This document shows, piece by piece, positions 1 through 7,946 of a stretch of 64,000 bases of DNA. Every line of letters begins with the position of its first letter. Positions within the stretch are counted from its first letter, which is position 1. The stretch lies in the IMG/VR virus record IMGVR_UViG_3300049027_000059, positions 1-64,000 of that record; one strand, 5' to 3'. The stretch is from a virus. The notes under the pieces are model-generated. The model was not told the origin of the DNA, did not search any database, and was given only the letters and a program-made list of their open reading frames with translations. The position numbers were made by a program, and so were the translations under genes.

Positions 1-90
1 GTTCTCACCAACACTCAGCAAAGTGCCGGTCAAGCCGTCGAAGTACCCGGCTGCTTTTAAATCTTCCTGGTTTTGGCTGTAAGTTTTCAT
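1..90 (-). CDS. N-terminal 30 codons of a gene running off the window start; FkbM-type SAM methyltransferase-like
   Basis: ATG at 90-88 overlaps the stop of ORF 87..551 (ATGA). Translation MKTYSQNQEDLKAAGYFDGLTGTLLSVGEN resembles the YSQxxED...GAxDG N-termini of FkbM-family methyltransferases. Absent from the ORF track because it is truncated. Confidence 0.4.
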   Translation of the reverse strand, partial: MKTYSQNQEDLKAAGYFDGLTGTLLSVGEN

Positions 91-551
91 TTCTTCAATG
101 TGTGAGCGGTATTTATAAAAATATTAACCAGTTGGTCAGACATCTTAAATCTGTCTTTATTTATTTCTATGGATTTGTATACATTTCCATCATTATGTCG
201 TTCTCCTGCCGCTTTCCAATCGAAGAACATTTCTAATAAATCGTATAAATCCATCCCGTCGATACCATTAGCATAGTGTTCAGGATGATGGGAGTTATTT
301 GCATAATGATGATCCAAAGCTACTTTTAAGTCTTTCAAATAACTTTTATACTCGTCGGACCCATACGTACTGCCAGCCAATTTTGGTGTGTACTCATCGA
401 ACAGTTCCTTCTCGGGACTTTTTAGCTTGCTATCGTCGTGGCAATTAGCCCTTCTGATCAGTTCTGCAGCAGCCTCTGTAAGAAGTTGTGCAACCCTCTT
501 GATGTGCGTAAGGGTATTGTTCGTACTATCGTAATTTTCAACAGATTCCAT
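87..551 (-). CDS. conserved phage protein with His-rich HD-like motifs (DUF5662-like), function unknown
   Basis: 154-aa ORF coupled to both neighbours by overlaps. Motifs CHDDSK and NNSHHPEHY recall a conserved phage family. Confidence 0.6.
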   Translation of the reverse strand: MESVENYDSTNNTLTHIKRVAQLLTEAAAELIRRANCHDDSKLKSPEKELFDEYTPKLAGSTYGSDEYKSYLKDLKVALDHHYANNSHHPEHYANGIDGMDLYDLLEMFFDWKAAGERHNDGNVYKSIEINKDRFKMSDQLVNIFINTAHTLKK

Positions 552-1179
552 TAGCTACAATTAAAATATTATCATCAAAATTATCGTGCGGTTGGCCATA
601 CGTCCAAAAAGTATGGTTAGGCGTAATAGTCAGCCCAAGTTGCTCTACGATGAGCGATGCACAGGTCTGATCATGCCGGGTTACTTCATGCGATCCGTTG
701 AACATGCCCTTTTTTGCCGCCAATACCCAGCAGTCTAAAAAAGTATTTGCCTCGGGATGTCGTAAATCAAGTCCTATGACGCCAGAACTGATCATTTTAC
801 CGGCGTCGGTTCCGAAGTATGCTTTTTGTTCCGGAGTAGTCCACCTGTCGTTCATCCATCCGCTGTCCTGGAAGAAATACCCGTGTTTTTCTATGTGGTC
901 AAAGAGGGGGTCTAGGGATTTTCGTATGTACATGCTGGCGTCTAGCCACAGCACGACCCGGTAACCCATGGACCGGGCATACTGGAAGAATACAGGCTTG
1001 AAGCCATACATACACTCACTGTGCGGGGGCGCCCCAATCAAAGATTCCTTAGCGTACACGGATATTCCTGCACTTTGCGGATGCTGCATGAATGTATCGA
1101 TGAGTCTGACCTGTCCCGCTTTATATTTTTTAGTGCTAAGATTAATTACTACCCTTTTCATATCTGTCGTAGTACTCAA
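538..1179 (-). CDS. putative nucleotide-sugar transferase-fold protein
   Basis: 213-aa ORF. VVLWLDASMY (a DxD-like hydrophobic-D-A-S string) and its position in the glycosyltransferase cluster. Weak motif-level call. Confidence 0.45.
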   Translation of the reverse strand: MSTTTDMKRVVINLSTKKYKAGQVRLIDTFMQHPQSAGISVYAKESLIGAPPHSECMYGFKPVFFQYARSMGYRVVLWLDASMYIRKSLDPLFDHIEKHGYFFQDSGWMNDRWTTPEQKAYFGTDAGKMISSGVIGLDLRHPEANTFLDCWVLAAKKGMFNGSHEVTRHDQTCASLIVEQLGLTITPNHTFWTYGQPHDNFDDNILIVANGIC

Positions 1180-1735
1180 AAACCTTATCTAACTGGGTTT
1201 TATCCTTGATGAAATACACATACGGTCCGTCGCCGCATGATACCACCCTAACGCCTCCCGGCTGGTCGTCTTCGTCCGGACCATGCTTGGCGGCATCATA
1301 CAGTTCCCGTCTTACGGATATGGTGAAAGTTCTAGGCGTGAACGGAAACGATTTAACATACTGACGGCTATAAACACCTTCTACAACACCTGTAAACCTG
1401 TCCCATTCATCTTCACCTTGAAACACGATTGCATTCAGAAAAAAGGCTTTTCCGTTGTCGTCTTTGAACACTGCCGACTGTCTTATGTTCTGACTTCCCG
1501 CCCATTCGGTATCGTCGCCTGTAAGTGGGGCAATAGTATCGAACATTAACAATTTTTTCACTGCATCACATATAGCGCCTACGGTATAACCGACAGAACC
1601 CCCGGACTGCCCGCTGTTACCAACAGCTTCTGCCAGGTCTAAAATTTGTTTCTCGAAAGGCAGGATGATGGCATCCGGAACAGTTTTTCTAAGAATGTCC
1701 AATTCTCTTTTCGTGTGTGTTTGTGCGTTTGTCAT
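1142..1735 (-). CDS. hypothetical protein
   Basis: 197-aa ORF in the operon, protein-like composition, no recognised motif. Confidence 0.7.
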   Translation of the reverse strand: MTNAQTHTKRELDILRKTVPDAIILPFEKQILDLAEAVGNSGQSGGSVGYTVGAICDAVKKLLMFDTIAPLTGDDTEWAGSQNIRQSAVFKDDNGKAFFLNAIVFQGEDEWDRFTGVVEGVYSRQYVKSFPFTPRTFTISVRRELYDAAKHGPDEDDQPGGVRVVSCGDGPYVYFIKDKTQLDKVFEYYDRYEKGSN

Positions 1736-1745
1736 ATAGAGTTTA

Positions 1746-2021
1746 TTAAGTTTCTGCCCATGTCTTAGGTATGCTTTCCCGCTGGCACAGTTCGCCTGCC
1801 TTACGCCAGCTGGCTTCTATTGCTCCATGCTGTATAGCGAGTGCTTTCTTTTTCATACAAATATCAAAATGCTCACGTCCTGTTCCGGCGTCCTGTATCC
1901 ATTTCCGCTGCACTCCAATTTTATCCACCATCTCCAATAATTCTTCCGTAGAGTCTGCGAACATGTGGCACATGACCATACCCCGAAAAGGCGCCTGCAT
2001 TCCGTCCACGTACACTGGCAT
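1746..2021 (-). CDS. DUF4031-like protein
   Basis: 91 aa. MPVYVDGMQAPFRGMVMCHMFADSTEELLEMVDKIG...HFDI matches the DUF4031 pattern (VYVDD..W+G...CHL.AD..eEL..fA..IG). Confidence 0.7.
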   Translation of the reverse strand: MPVYVDGMQAPFRGMVMCHMFADSTEELLEMVDKIGVQRKWIQDAGTGREHFDICMKKKALAIQHGAIEASWRKAGELCQRESIPKTWAET

Positions 2022-2200
2022 TATTTTACTTCTGTTTTACCTATCTGCCGGAGATTACAAACGCCTTTTATGCCAAATCGCTTACCACAGGATGTGCATT
2101 TTTTAACGCCTACGCTTATGTTCAAGCCGTTTCGGGCTACCGTATATTCCACTTCTCCGTCTGCGCAGTTATCGCACGCTAATAGTGTAATTGTTTTCAT
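2021..2200 (-). CDS. small zinc-ribbon protein (59 aa, below the ORF-track cutoff)
   Basis: ATG 2200-2198 overlaps the stop of 2197..2772 (ATGA), and its TAA shares an A with the ATG at 2021. MKTITLLACDNCADGEVEY...KKCTSCGKRF carries CxxC...CxxC. Confidence 0.5.
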   Translation of the reverse strand: MKTITLLACDNCADGEVEYTVARNGLNISVGVKKCTSCGKRFGIKGVCNLRQIGKTEVK

Positions 2201-2772
2201 TTCTCAGGTGCTGGTGCCTCGCTCACTGCGGGGTCAAAGTTATACTTGTAAATAATTTTATCAATATAAGCCTCGGACTTAGCCACTTCGTAGCACTGTT
2301 TAAGCCACTCATAGTCTTCGCCGTAACTGCTATCCGGGAACTTAAAGTTCTTCACTAACTCCCTTCGCCAGGCGCAGTTTTGAAACGGCGGGCGTTTAAT
2401 GTCCGCATAGCCGCCTTTTCCGTTGCTTTTATGCTCGATAGGATTACCGAGCCGCTGCTCGACAATGAACGTGCTGCCATCCTCGTTGCGGCATAAGGCG
2501 TTGAAGCAGATCACATCTACATTGAATGCAGCATGTGCGTATACCTCGTCCAAGCTCAGCAACTCATCATCAGAATCGCACCACATCACGTACTGGCCTT
2601 GGGCGATGTCCAGAAGAGCCTGCCGCTTGTACCCGATAGACCGCTTACGGTTATCAATGAACAGCAGCACTTCGATTTCTCTATCGCCCACCATTCTCAT
2701 CAGCCGGTCGTAGAGCCTGCGTGTCATGTCCCAACGAGACGGTGTGCTTGCTATGAGAATGCTTAATCTCAT
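2197..2772 (-). CDS. glycosyltransferase family 2
   Basis: MRLSILIASTPSR..., EVLLFIDN..SIGYKRQALLDIAQGQYVMWCDSDDEL (DxD) and GEDYEW. Classic GT-A/GT2 layout. Confidence 0.8.
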   Translation of the reverse strand: MRLSILIASTPSRWDMTRRLYDRLMRMVGDREIEVLLFIDNRKRSIGYKRQALLDIAQGQYVMWCDSDDELLSLDEVYAHAAFNVDVICFNALCRNEDGSTFIVEQRLGNPIEHKSNGKGGYADIKRPPFQNCAWRRELVKNFKFPDSSYGEDYEWLKQCYEVAKSEAYIDKIIYKYNFDPAVSEAPAPEK

Positions 2773-2957
2773 CTCAACGATTTAATGATACCTGACGGCT
2801 CCGGCTGAGGTGCGGGTGGGGGCGCAAGTGCCGCCATAATTTCCCCGTGTTTAACCAGTTCCAACAATCCTACGATCTCTGCTGAATACACCAGCCCTTT
2901 TTTCTGCACGTTCAGTTCGCCTGAAGGGCTCATTGTTATGATGATTTGCTTTTCCAT
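2769..2957 (-). CDS. hypothetical small protein
   Basis: 62-aa ORF overlap-coupled (4 nt and 1 nt) between the two GT2 genes. Confidence 0.55.
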   Translation of the reverse strand: MEKQIIITMSPSGELNVQKKGLVYSAEIVGLLELVKHGEIMAALAPPPAPQPEPSGIIKSLR

Positions 2958-3499
2958 TATTTTTTGCTTCTGTATCTGTACGTGTAAATATTACCTTCCA
3001 CTTTAACCTCGCTCTGCAGCAGGGGGAGAATTCCTTTCGAGTATTCCGCATCCTCGCCGTGGTTTATTGGCGGAAAGCCCACCTGGACGGCGATACTTCG
3101 CTTCACGGGGCTGATGTGATTAGGGGTACGGTAGTACACCGACTCCTTCTGGTGCCAGTGGCCATAATCCTTACTGATGTGCCACTGCTTTTCCTTTCGG
3201 CCGTTATGTGTTATTACGCCGCTGATCCCAATACAATCCGGGCCGGTTTCAACAGCGGCCAGTATCTTGTTTACGTAGTCCCGTGAGATCATGTCGTCAT
3301 CATCGATGAACACCACGTACTCGCCTGCAGACTTCGCCAGCAGCGCGTTCCGTTTGTTCCCGATGCTCTGCTTAGGATTTCGGTGCAGCAGTATTTCTAC
3401 GGGTTTACCCTGTATTTGTACGCGGAGCCGGGTCACCAGATCGTTCAGCATACGTTCTCTGCTCGGGATGGTAAGGATGAGGATGGATAGTTTAGTCAT
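2957..3499 (-). CDS. glycosyltransferase family 2
   Basis: MTKLSILILTIPSR, SIGNKRNALLAKSAGEYVVFIDDDDMI and HGEDAEY. A paralogue-like partner of 2197..2772. Confidence 0.8.
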   Translation of the reverse strand: MTKLSILILTIPSRERMLNDLVTRLRVQIQGKPVEILLHRNPKQSIGNKRNALLAKSAGEYVVFIDDDDMISRDYVNKILAAVETGPDCIGISGVITHNGRKEKQWHISKDYGHWHQKESVYYRTPNHISPVKRSIAVQVGFPPINHGEDAEYSKGILPLLQSEVKVEGNIYTYRYRSKK

Positions 3500-3910
3500 T
3501 TATCCTTCAAAATAAGCAGGACGGGGAAACCTGTCCGTGAATTTTATCTCACTGTGCTCTGTGAACTCGGTATCGTAGGCATCATCCCAGTACGTCTCCA
3601 AGTTTTCTGTTGCCGGAATGTACGCTACGATAGTTACGTGTGACTCGTCTCCTGCAGTGCCTGTAATCCACCACGGGTACTTGGGGTTGAAGATCAATGG
3701 ACGGGGATCATTCACCGCTCCTGTTTTAAATCGATACCTACGCCATTTCATTATTTTAACCTTTTTAGCGTTCTTTTTTTTAACGGACACGCCCTGGATA
3801 TCCAACTTCAGTTGCCGCTGATCGGAATCGACTATCTTTACAATCCGTGCTGTGCACCGCTGGCCGAACGATGTGTATTCTACCACATCTCCTACTTTAA
3901 AATCTTCCAT
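3500..3910 (-). CDS. hypothetical protein
   Basis: 136-aa ORF directly abutting the next gene start. Confidence 0.65.
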   Translation of the reverse strand: MEDFKVGDVVEYTSFGQRCTARIVKIVDSDQRQLKLDIQGVSVKKKNAKKVKIMKWRRYRFKTGAVNDPRPLIFNPKYPWWITGTAGDESHVTIVAYIPATENLETYWDDAYDTEFTEHSEIKFTDRFPRPAYFEG

Positions 3911-3969
3911 ATCCTATTTAAAAAACTCTTAAACAAAGGCCAGCCCATTCTCAGGACGACACTTGTCAG

Positions 3970-4626
3970 TCACTTCCATTTAATCTCCCCATACGCCATC
4001 ACCGGCTGCTCGATCCCGAAATTGCTCTTCAACCGCTCGTGAAAGAGTTGCTTGCCCTGGTTCCAGGTTGAGTCATTCCGTTTACTGATCGCATCCTTTT
4101 TGAACTTGCCGGTCGAATAGTGCTTGTGCTCAAACAGCAAGTTAACGTTTATCACCCGGCCTAACATCATGCCTACGGCTGTCATTTCCTGATCAGACCA
4201 CATGTGCTGGTACCCGGGGTAGTAGATGTACCCGAACCGGTTGTAGTACGTTCTGTCCATGATGGGCAGCGTGATCAGCGTGGGCTGTATACCGTCAGGC
4301 GTTTTCACCAGAAAATCTACTTTGCCTTTCAAAGCACTCAATAACACAGTGTCCCAGTGCGGCAGGCAGTCAAAGTCATCGCTGACCACGATCAACAGAT
4401 CGCCCGTAGCGTAATGCGCTGCGTAGTTAATGGCTGCTATGGCTGAGGTGTTATTGTTGGCTATTATTTTCTGACCTTTGTATTGCTTACGCATAGGATC
4501 ATCCAGATCGAGACTGAATATGTACTCAATATTCTGAGGATTATCGGCGCTGATCAGCCACTTGGTTAAGGTGACACCTGCTTGCTTAGGCCGTGAGCGC
4601 GAAGGGTGGATGATGGATATTTTCAT
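3970..4626 (-). CDS. GT-A fold glycosyltransferase-like protein
   Basis: MKISIIHPSRSRP..., IEYIFSLDLDDP, AINYAAHYATGDLLIVVSDDFDCLPHWD. GT2-like order of motifs. Confidence 0.6.
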   Translation of the reverse strand: MKISIIHPSRSRPKQAGVTLTKWLISADNPQNIEYIFSLDLDDPMRKQYKGQKIIANNNTSAIAAINYAAHYATGDLLIVVSDDFDCLPHWDTVLLSALKGKVDFLVKTPDGIQPTLITLPIMDRTYYNRFGYIYYPGYQHMWSDQEMTAVGMMLGRVINVNLLFEHKHYSTGKFKKDAISKRNDSTWNQGKQLFHERLKSNFGIEQPVMAYGEIKWK

Positions 4627-4883
4627 ATAAGTTTTATGTAAATGAATTCATCGTCTACTTTTTCAATAAATGGACTAGCATTTCTGACTTCTTCCACACA
4701 TCCGACAAGTACCATTTCCTCAAACCACTCCTCGCTATCGGCAGTCCATTTAAATCCGGGATAATTTTTGTCTTCACCGAACAGCGTAATATACTTACCG
4801 TCGTACTCAATCCGATATTTGCCGTTCCAATTAGGTTGGATAGGTACTGTAATAACATCAACCTTATCTATGCTGACCGCCAT
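4623..4883 (-). CDS. hypothetical protein
   Basis: 86-aa ORF with a 4-nt overlap to the downstream gene. Confidence 0.6.
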   Translation of the reverse strand: MAVSIDKVDVITVPIQPNWNGKYRIEYDGKYITLFGEDKNYPGFKWTADSEEWFEEMVLVGCVEEVRNASPFIEKVDDEFIYIKLI

Positions 4884-4890
4884 TATACTT

Positions 4891-5307
4891 TCATGTTACT
4901 TTGTGTGGTGATCCTGCAGATAATGCTCTTTTTCCCGATAAATAGGCTAACCTATCCCACTCCTGTTGCGAAAACCACCGGGTATGATCTTTTCGCAATT
5001 CCCTCAACCGGCTCATTTCTTCCTCTTCCTCGGAGGTTAGCCCTCCGTAAATATTCTCCCGCCACCACTCGAACGTTACTTTCTGCACCGGGGGAACGTC
5101 TGACTCTACGCTGTCCACGTACATGGTGCCTGTTTGCTGGAAACAGCGTATAATGTCCTCTGGCGTCCATGGGATACGGGACAGAATACCCATCTCTAAG
5201 TACATGTGATAGAAGCACGGTAGTTCGTTTTGCTCTACAAGCCAGCTGATATACCGTTTTCGTAGATCAGCCTCGTAATCCCAGTCCGTTGGTGTCCAGA
5301 GTCTCAT
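4891..5307 (-). CDS. hypothetical protein
   Basis: 138-aa ORF, Trp/Glu-rich, in the operon. Confidence 0.65.
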   Translation of the reverse strand: MRLWTPTDWDYEADLRKRYISWLVEQNELPCFYHMYLEMGILSRIPWTPEDIIRCFQQTGTMYVDSVESDVPPVQKVTFEWWRENIYGGLTSEEEEEMSRLRELRKDHTRWFSQQEWDRLAYLSGKRALSAGSPHKVT

Positions 5308-5543
5308 AACGTTCTCTTAAATTCTTCCCAATTCTTTATTTCTTCCCACTCTTGTGTTTTTGTGTTAAATACTTCTCCCCGAGGGCAGCTCATGTGTACG
5401 CCGCTACGATCCCACACTTCCTTAAACACTTCCAGGGTTTCTTCCTCCGAAAGAGCCTGCCCTATGACGATACCGTGCCTCGAAAATACTGTTTCCCCGT
5501 TTTTGGGGACTCCTTGCGTGTCAATTATCAGATACCTGCTCAT
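5304..5543 (-). CDS. hypothetical protein
   Basis: 79-aa ORF with a 4-nt overlap to the downstream gene. Confidence 0.6.
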   Translation of the reverse strand: MSRYLIIDTQGVPKNGETVFSRHGIVIGQALSEEETLEVFKEVWDRSGVHMSCPRGEVFNTKTQEWEEIKNWEEFKRTL

Positions 5544-5664
5544 CCAAATATTTTTTTAGCACCGTTTCAATCAAGTTAGACACGGACCGGTTCTCCTTCT
5601 CTGCCTGCACCTTCGCCTGGTCAAGCACTTCCTCTTCTATTTTCAGGGTGTATGGCTTTTTCAT
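5521..5664 (-). CDS. ribbon-helix-helix (CopG/Arc-like) DNA-binding protein, 47 aa
   Basis: Internal ATG of track ORF 5521..5940. MKKPYTLKIEEEVLDQAKVQAEKENRSVSNLIETVLKKYL has the beta-strand/helix/helix RHH pattern. The longer ORF would read through the tRNA-like element. Confidence 0.6.
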   Translation of the reverse strand: MKKPYTLKIEEEVLDQAKVQAEKENRSVSNLIETVLKKYLDEQVSDN

Positions 5665-5680
5665 TCGTTTATCGTGTTTG

Positions 5681-5754
5681 CCCGCCCGGGTGGACTCGAA
5701 CCACCGACTCTGGAGTCTACTCATTCCAGCGCTTCTCCTAATAGCTTCGGGCGA
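5681..5754 (-). ncRNA. tRNA-like element with an aberrant 10-nt anticodon loop
   Basis: Minus-strand fold: acceptor TCGCCCG/CGGGCGG, D arm GCT/AGC, T arm GGTGG-TTCGAGT-CCACC. The anticodon stem CTGGA/TCCAG encloses ATGAGTAGAC (10 nt, no canonical U33-NNN-R37). No CCA is encoded. Confidence 0.5.
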
Positions 5755-5763
5755 AGAGTATTC

Positions 5764-5796
5764 CAAAGGTATGTACTTTGTATTGACATTTACAAA
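5764..5796 (-). promoter_or_regulatory. Bacteroidota-type promoter for the leftward operon
   Basis: Minus strand reads TTTG-N21-TACCTTTG (TAnnTTTG). The predicted start lies about 5 nt upstream of the tRNA-like 5' end. Confidence 0.5.
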
Positions 5797-5812
5797 TTTA
5801 TTTTTACCTTTA
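5783..5812 (+). promoter_or_regulatory. candidate rightward promoter
   Basis: TTGACA-N16-TACCTTTA upstream of the gene at 5846, divergent from the leftward promoter. Confidence 0.35.
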
Positions 5813-5845
5813 CATCCTCCCCCACAATAGCAGGGGATAACGCTT

Positions 5846-6109
5846 ATGAACCCGCAACAATACGACCAGGCAGCCCGTACCGCCAGGCTGAACATCGAAA
5901 AGAGGAACGAGAACCTGCACAGGCGCACGCCGCCTACCATCGAACAGATCGCCGAGCTTATCCGGACGATCTCGGACGGTTATCATACTAACGATGGCCG
6001 ATCCATCCGCCCGTTCCTGTTGGCCGGCGCTCAACGGTTCGCCCATGACCGGGCTGAGCTTTACAACTTCTACCTGCTTGAGATCAAACCTTACTTACCC
6101 ACTAAATAA
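5846..6109 (+). CDS. hypothetical protein
   Basis: 87-aa ORF, first gene of the rightward early region. Confidence 0.6.
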   Translation: MNPQQYDQAARTARLNIEKRNENLHRRTPPTIEQIAELIRTISDGYHTNDGRSIRPFLLAGAQRFAHDRAELYNFYLLEIKPYLPTK

Positions 6110-6173
6110 TGCAATACTTCTTCTCGTCGAACAACTAAAACCCCCGGGCGTACAGGTCAGCCCGCTTACCAAC

Positions 6174-6356
6174 ATGGAATCAGAATCAAGAAAACTAGCC
6201 AAAATCATGTACGATGCTTACTGCAAAGCCGTAGGTGGAGTAGCTTTCAACGGTGATGCCTTACCGGGATCAGAAGAATTTTTCAGTGACCCCACTAAAG
6301 CCAAACAGCGGGATGGCTGGGATGCCGCAGCAGAGGCGGCTTTGGCCAACATGTAA
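6174..6356 (+). CDS. hypothetical small protein (60 aa)
   Basis: Internal ATG of track ORF 5994..6356 (MESESRKLAKIMYDAYCKAVGG...). Followed by an intrinsic terminator. Confidence 0.55.
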   Translation: MESESRKLAKIMYDAYCKAVGGVAFNGDALPGSEEFFSDPTKAKQRDGWDAAAEAALANM

Positions 6357-6377
6357 CTATTACATTTTTGTAAAGAT

Positions 6378-6406
6378 AGCCCTCTGGTTTCAGGGGGCTT
6401 TTTTGT
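6378..6406 (+). terminator. intrinsic terminator
   Basis: AGCCCTCTG-gttt-CAGGGGGCT hairpin followed by TTTTTTG. Confidence 0.7.
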
Positions 6407-6624
6407 TGCCTAGTATAACTAAAACTTTAGTTAAGAGATTTTGGAAATACAAATGTGCAGGGGGACTTGACCCCCCACATTGCGCCCCGCCTCGGCGCGT
6501 TTTAAAACTCGAAAATAGCGGACCGGGTAGGTCGCTTTCTGCCAAAAATATTTGCTTACAACGCTATAAAGGGCGAAAAACCTGTTTAATTGCATTCAAA
6601 CACCTAAAACTAAATGATCATTTA

Positions 6625-6656
6625 TTTGGTTACTATATGGTAACTTCGTATATTTG
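6625..6656 (+). promoter_or_regulatory. Bacteroidota-type promoter
   Basis: TTTG-N20-TATATTTG. Overlaps the GTTAC-N6-GTAAC inverted repeat. Confidence 0.5.
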
Positions 6657-6688
6657 TATCAGCAAACAGGGAAATTAAAATTTAAAAC

Positions 6689-6787
6689 ATGAGTAACCCA
6701 AACATCAAACACACAAACAATACAGGGGGACTGTATTTCGTGGCTATCCTAGTAATAACCGCTATTATTAGCTATTTAACGTATTAA
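6689..6787 (+). CDS. possible 32-aa membrane peptide
   Basis: MSNPNIKHTNNTGGLYFVAILVITAIISYLTY has a single hydrophobic helix. Short, so weakly supported. Confidence 0.3.
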   Translation: MSNPNIKHTNNTGGLYFVAILVITAIISYLTY

Positions 6788-6811
6788 TTATTCACTCAAA
6801 AACTTTGCAAA

Positions 6812-7675
6812 ATGAGAAAAGTAGTAGACAAACACAACGTTGCGCATCTTTGGGCTAACCAATTACAGGATGAGGCAAGAACAGCAACAGGCAATCTGTA
6901 TTTTCATGGAGATACCATTTACAGTTATGGCCGTCACTTTCCGATAGCTAAACACGTAAACGGTAAGATTTTATTTACGTTGCGCGATTATAGCGTAACT
7001 ACCACGCAACACAAATCCATAGTTAATCAGGCATGCAACCATAAAAATACAATCTACTGTAAAAATCCTAATGCTAGTCATGAAGAAAACTTTAATTATT
7101 GGCTTGTAAGCATGGAACTAGCTGCCGACCATTTACCGACCGCGCGTAAGCCTGAAAAATGGCTAAACGAAATAGCGAGAGAATATGCTCAGGCTATCAA
7201 GTATGCTGAATTTTTCGGCTTAGAAGTGCCTGAAACGTTAAAAATTGCTCATAGCATTACGGATAAGGCTGCATACCGCGAATATGCTGACAAAAAACAA
7301 GCTGCCTTGCAAGCTGAAGAGGAACGCAAACAGGAACGTTTGCTAAAACAACATAAAGAGGCTCTTAAAAAATGGCGTGTTTTCGAATACCACTATCGTT
7401 CTTTACCTTCCCGCGTAACAGACCAAGACTATTTGCGCTATAATAGCACAACTAACCGCATAGAAACGTCTCAAGGCGTGCAAATACCTGCTGATATTGC
7501 TAAACGCTTCTACAACTACGTTATGCAGATCATATCTAAAGGCGGTTGCACTGACTGTACTCAAAAGATATTGGAATACCGCGTGAAGAACATAGACAAA
7601 AACGGCATTGTCGTTGGGTGCCATAGAATTCTCATGCCGGAAATAAAGCGAATTGCCAAACTGCTAAATTGGTAA
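6812..7675 (+). CDS. conserved hypothetical protein
   Basis: 287-aa ORF. The N-terminus AHLWANQ...GNLYFHGDTIYSYGRHFPIA recalls a recurring phage family of unknown function. The ATG lies 4 nt after AAAAACTTTGCA. Confidence 0.8.
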   Translation: MRKVVDKHNVAHLWANQLQDEARTATGNLYFHGDTIYSYGRHFPIAKHVNGKILFTLRDYSVTTTQHKSIVNQACNHKNTIYCKNPNASHEENFNYWLVSMELAADHLPTARKPEKWLNEIAREYAQAIKYAEFFGLEVPETLKIAHSITDKAAYREYADKKQAALQAEEERKQERLLKQHKEALKKWRVFEYHYRSLPSRVTDQDYLRYNSTTNRIETSQGVQIPADIAKRFYNYVMQIISKGGCTDCTQKILEYRVKNIDKNGIVVGCHRILMPEIKRIAKLLNW

Positions 7676-7688
7676 AATACGCTAACTC

Positions 7689-7747
7689 CTGCCAAGCCTC
7701 GCACTGAAATAAATGCGGGGTTAAGGCAGTAAAAAAAACTTTGCATT
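7689..7747 (+). promoter_or_regulatory. intergenic stem-loop + A-tract + CTTTGCA module (copy 1)
   Basis: CTGCC..CCTCGCA-ctgaaataaa-TGCGGGG..GGCAG hairpin, then TAAAAAAAACTTTGCATT and the ATG at 7748. Confidence 0.5.
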
Positions 7748-7930
7748 ATGAATCTATACTATTTATTACACACGCATAGACACGGCGTCAGCGTGTACCA
7801 TTTCAAATCTAAACTGTCTGTGTTGGCTATTGACAAATACAGGGTTGCTGAAGACTTAGAAATCGAATTCGATGCTCATGAAGGTGAAGACCTAGAGTTA
7901 CACATCATTACTCAATTTCCAGAATATTAA
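7748..7930 (+). CDS. hypothetical small protein
   Basis: 60-aa ORF immediately after the module. Confidence 0.6.
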   Translation: MNLYYLLHTHRHGVSVYHFKSKLSVLAIDKYRVAEDLEIEFDAHEGEDLELHIITQFPEY

Positions 7931-7946
7931 CTAAAAACTTTGCACA

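Noticed and set aside
5681-5754. tRNA-like element as a prophage attachment site (attP or attL/R)
   Set aside because: No integrase, excisionase or host-like flanking genes are visible in the window, and phage-type genes continue on both sides. This cannot be supported from the sequence alone, so it is kept only as one alternative in the finding.
5665-5940. N-terminal extension of the RHH ORF to 139 aa (track ORF 5521..5940)
   Set aside because: The extension reads through the tRNA-like element and the divergent promoter and gives a Cys/Phe-rich, non-protein-like sequence. The internal ATG at 5664 gives a clean RHH protein.
6253-6678. 141-aa plus-strand ORF
   Set aside because: It overlaps the end of the 6174..6356 gene out of frame and runs across an intrinsic terminator, GC hairpins and a promoter. 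Its composition is implausible.
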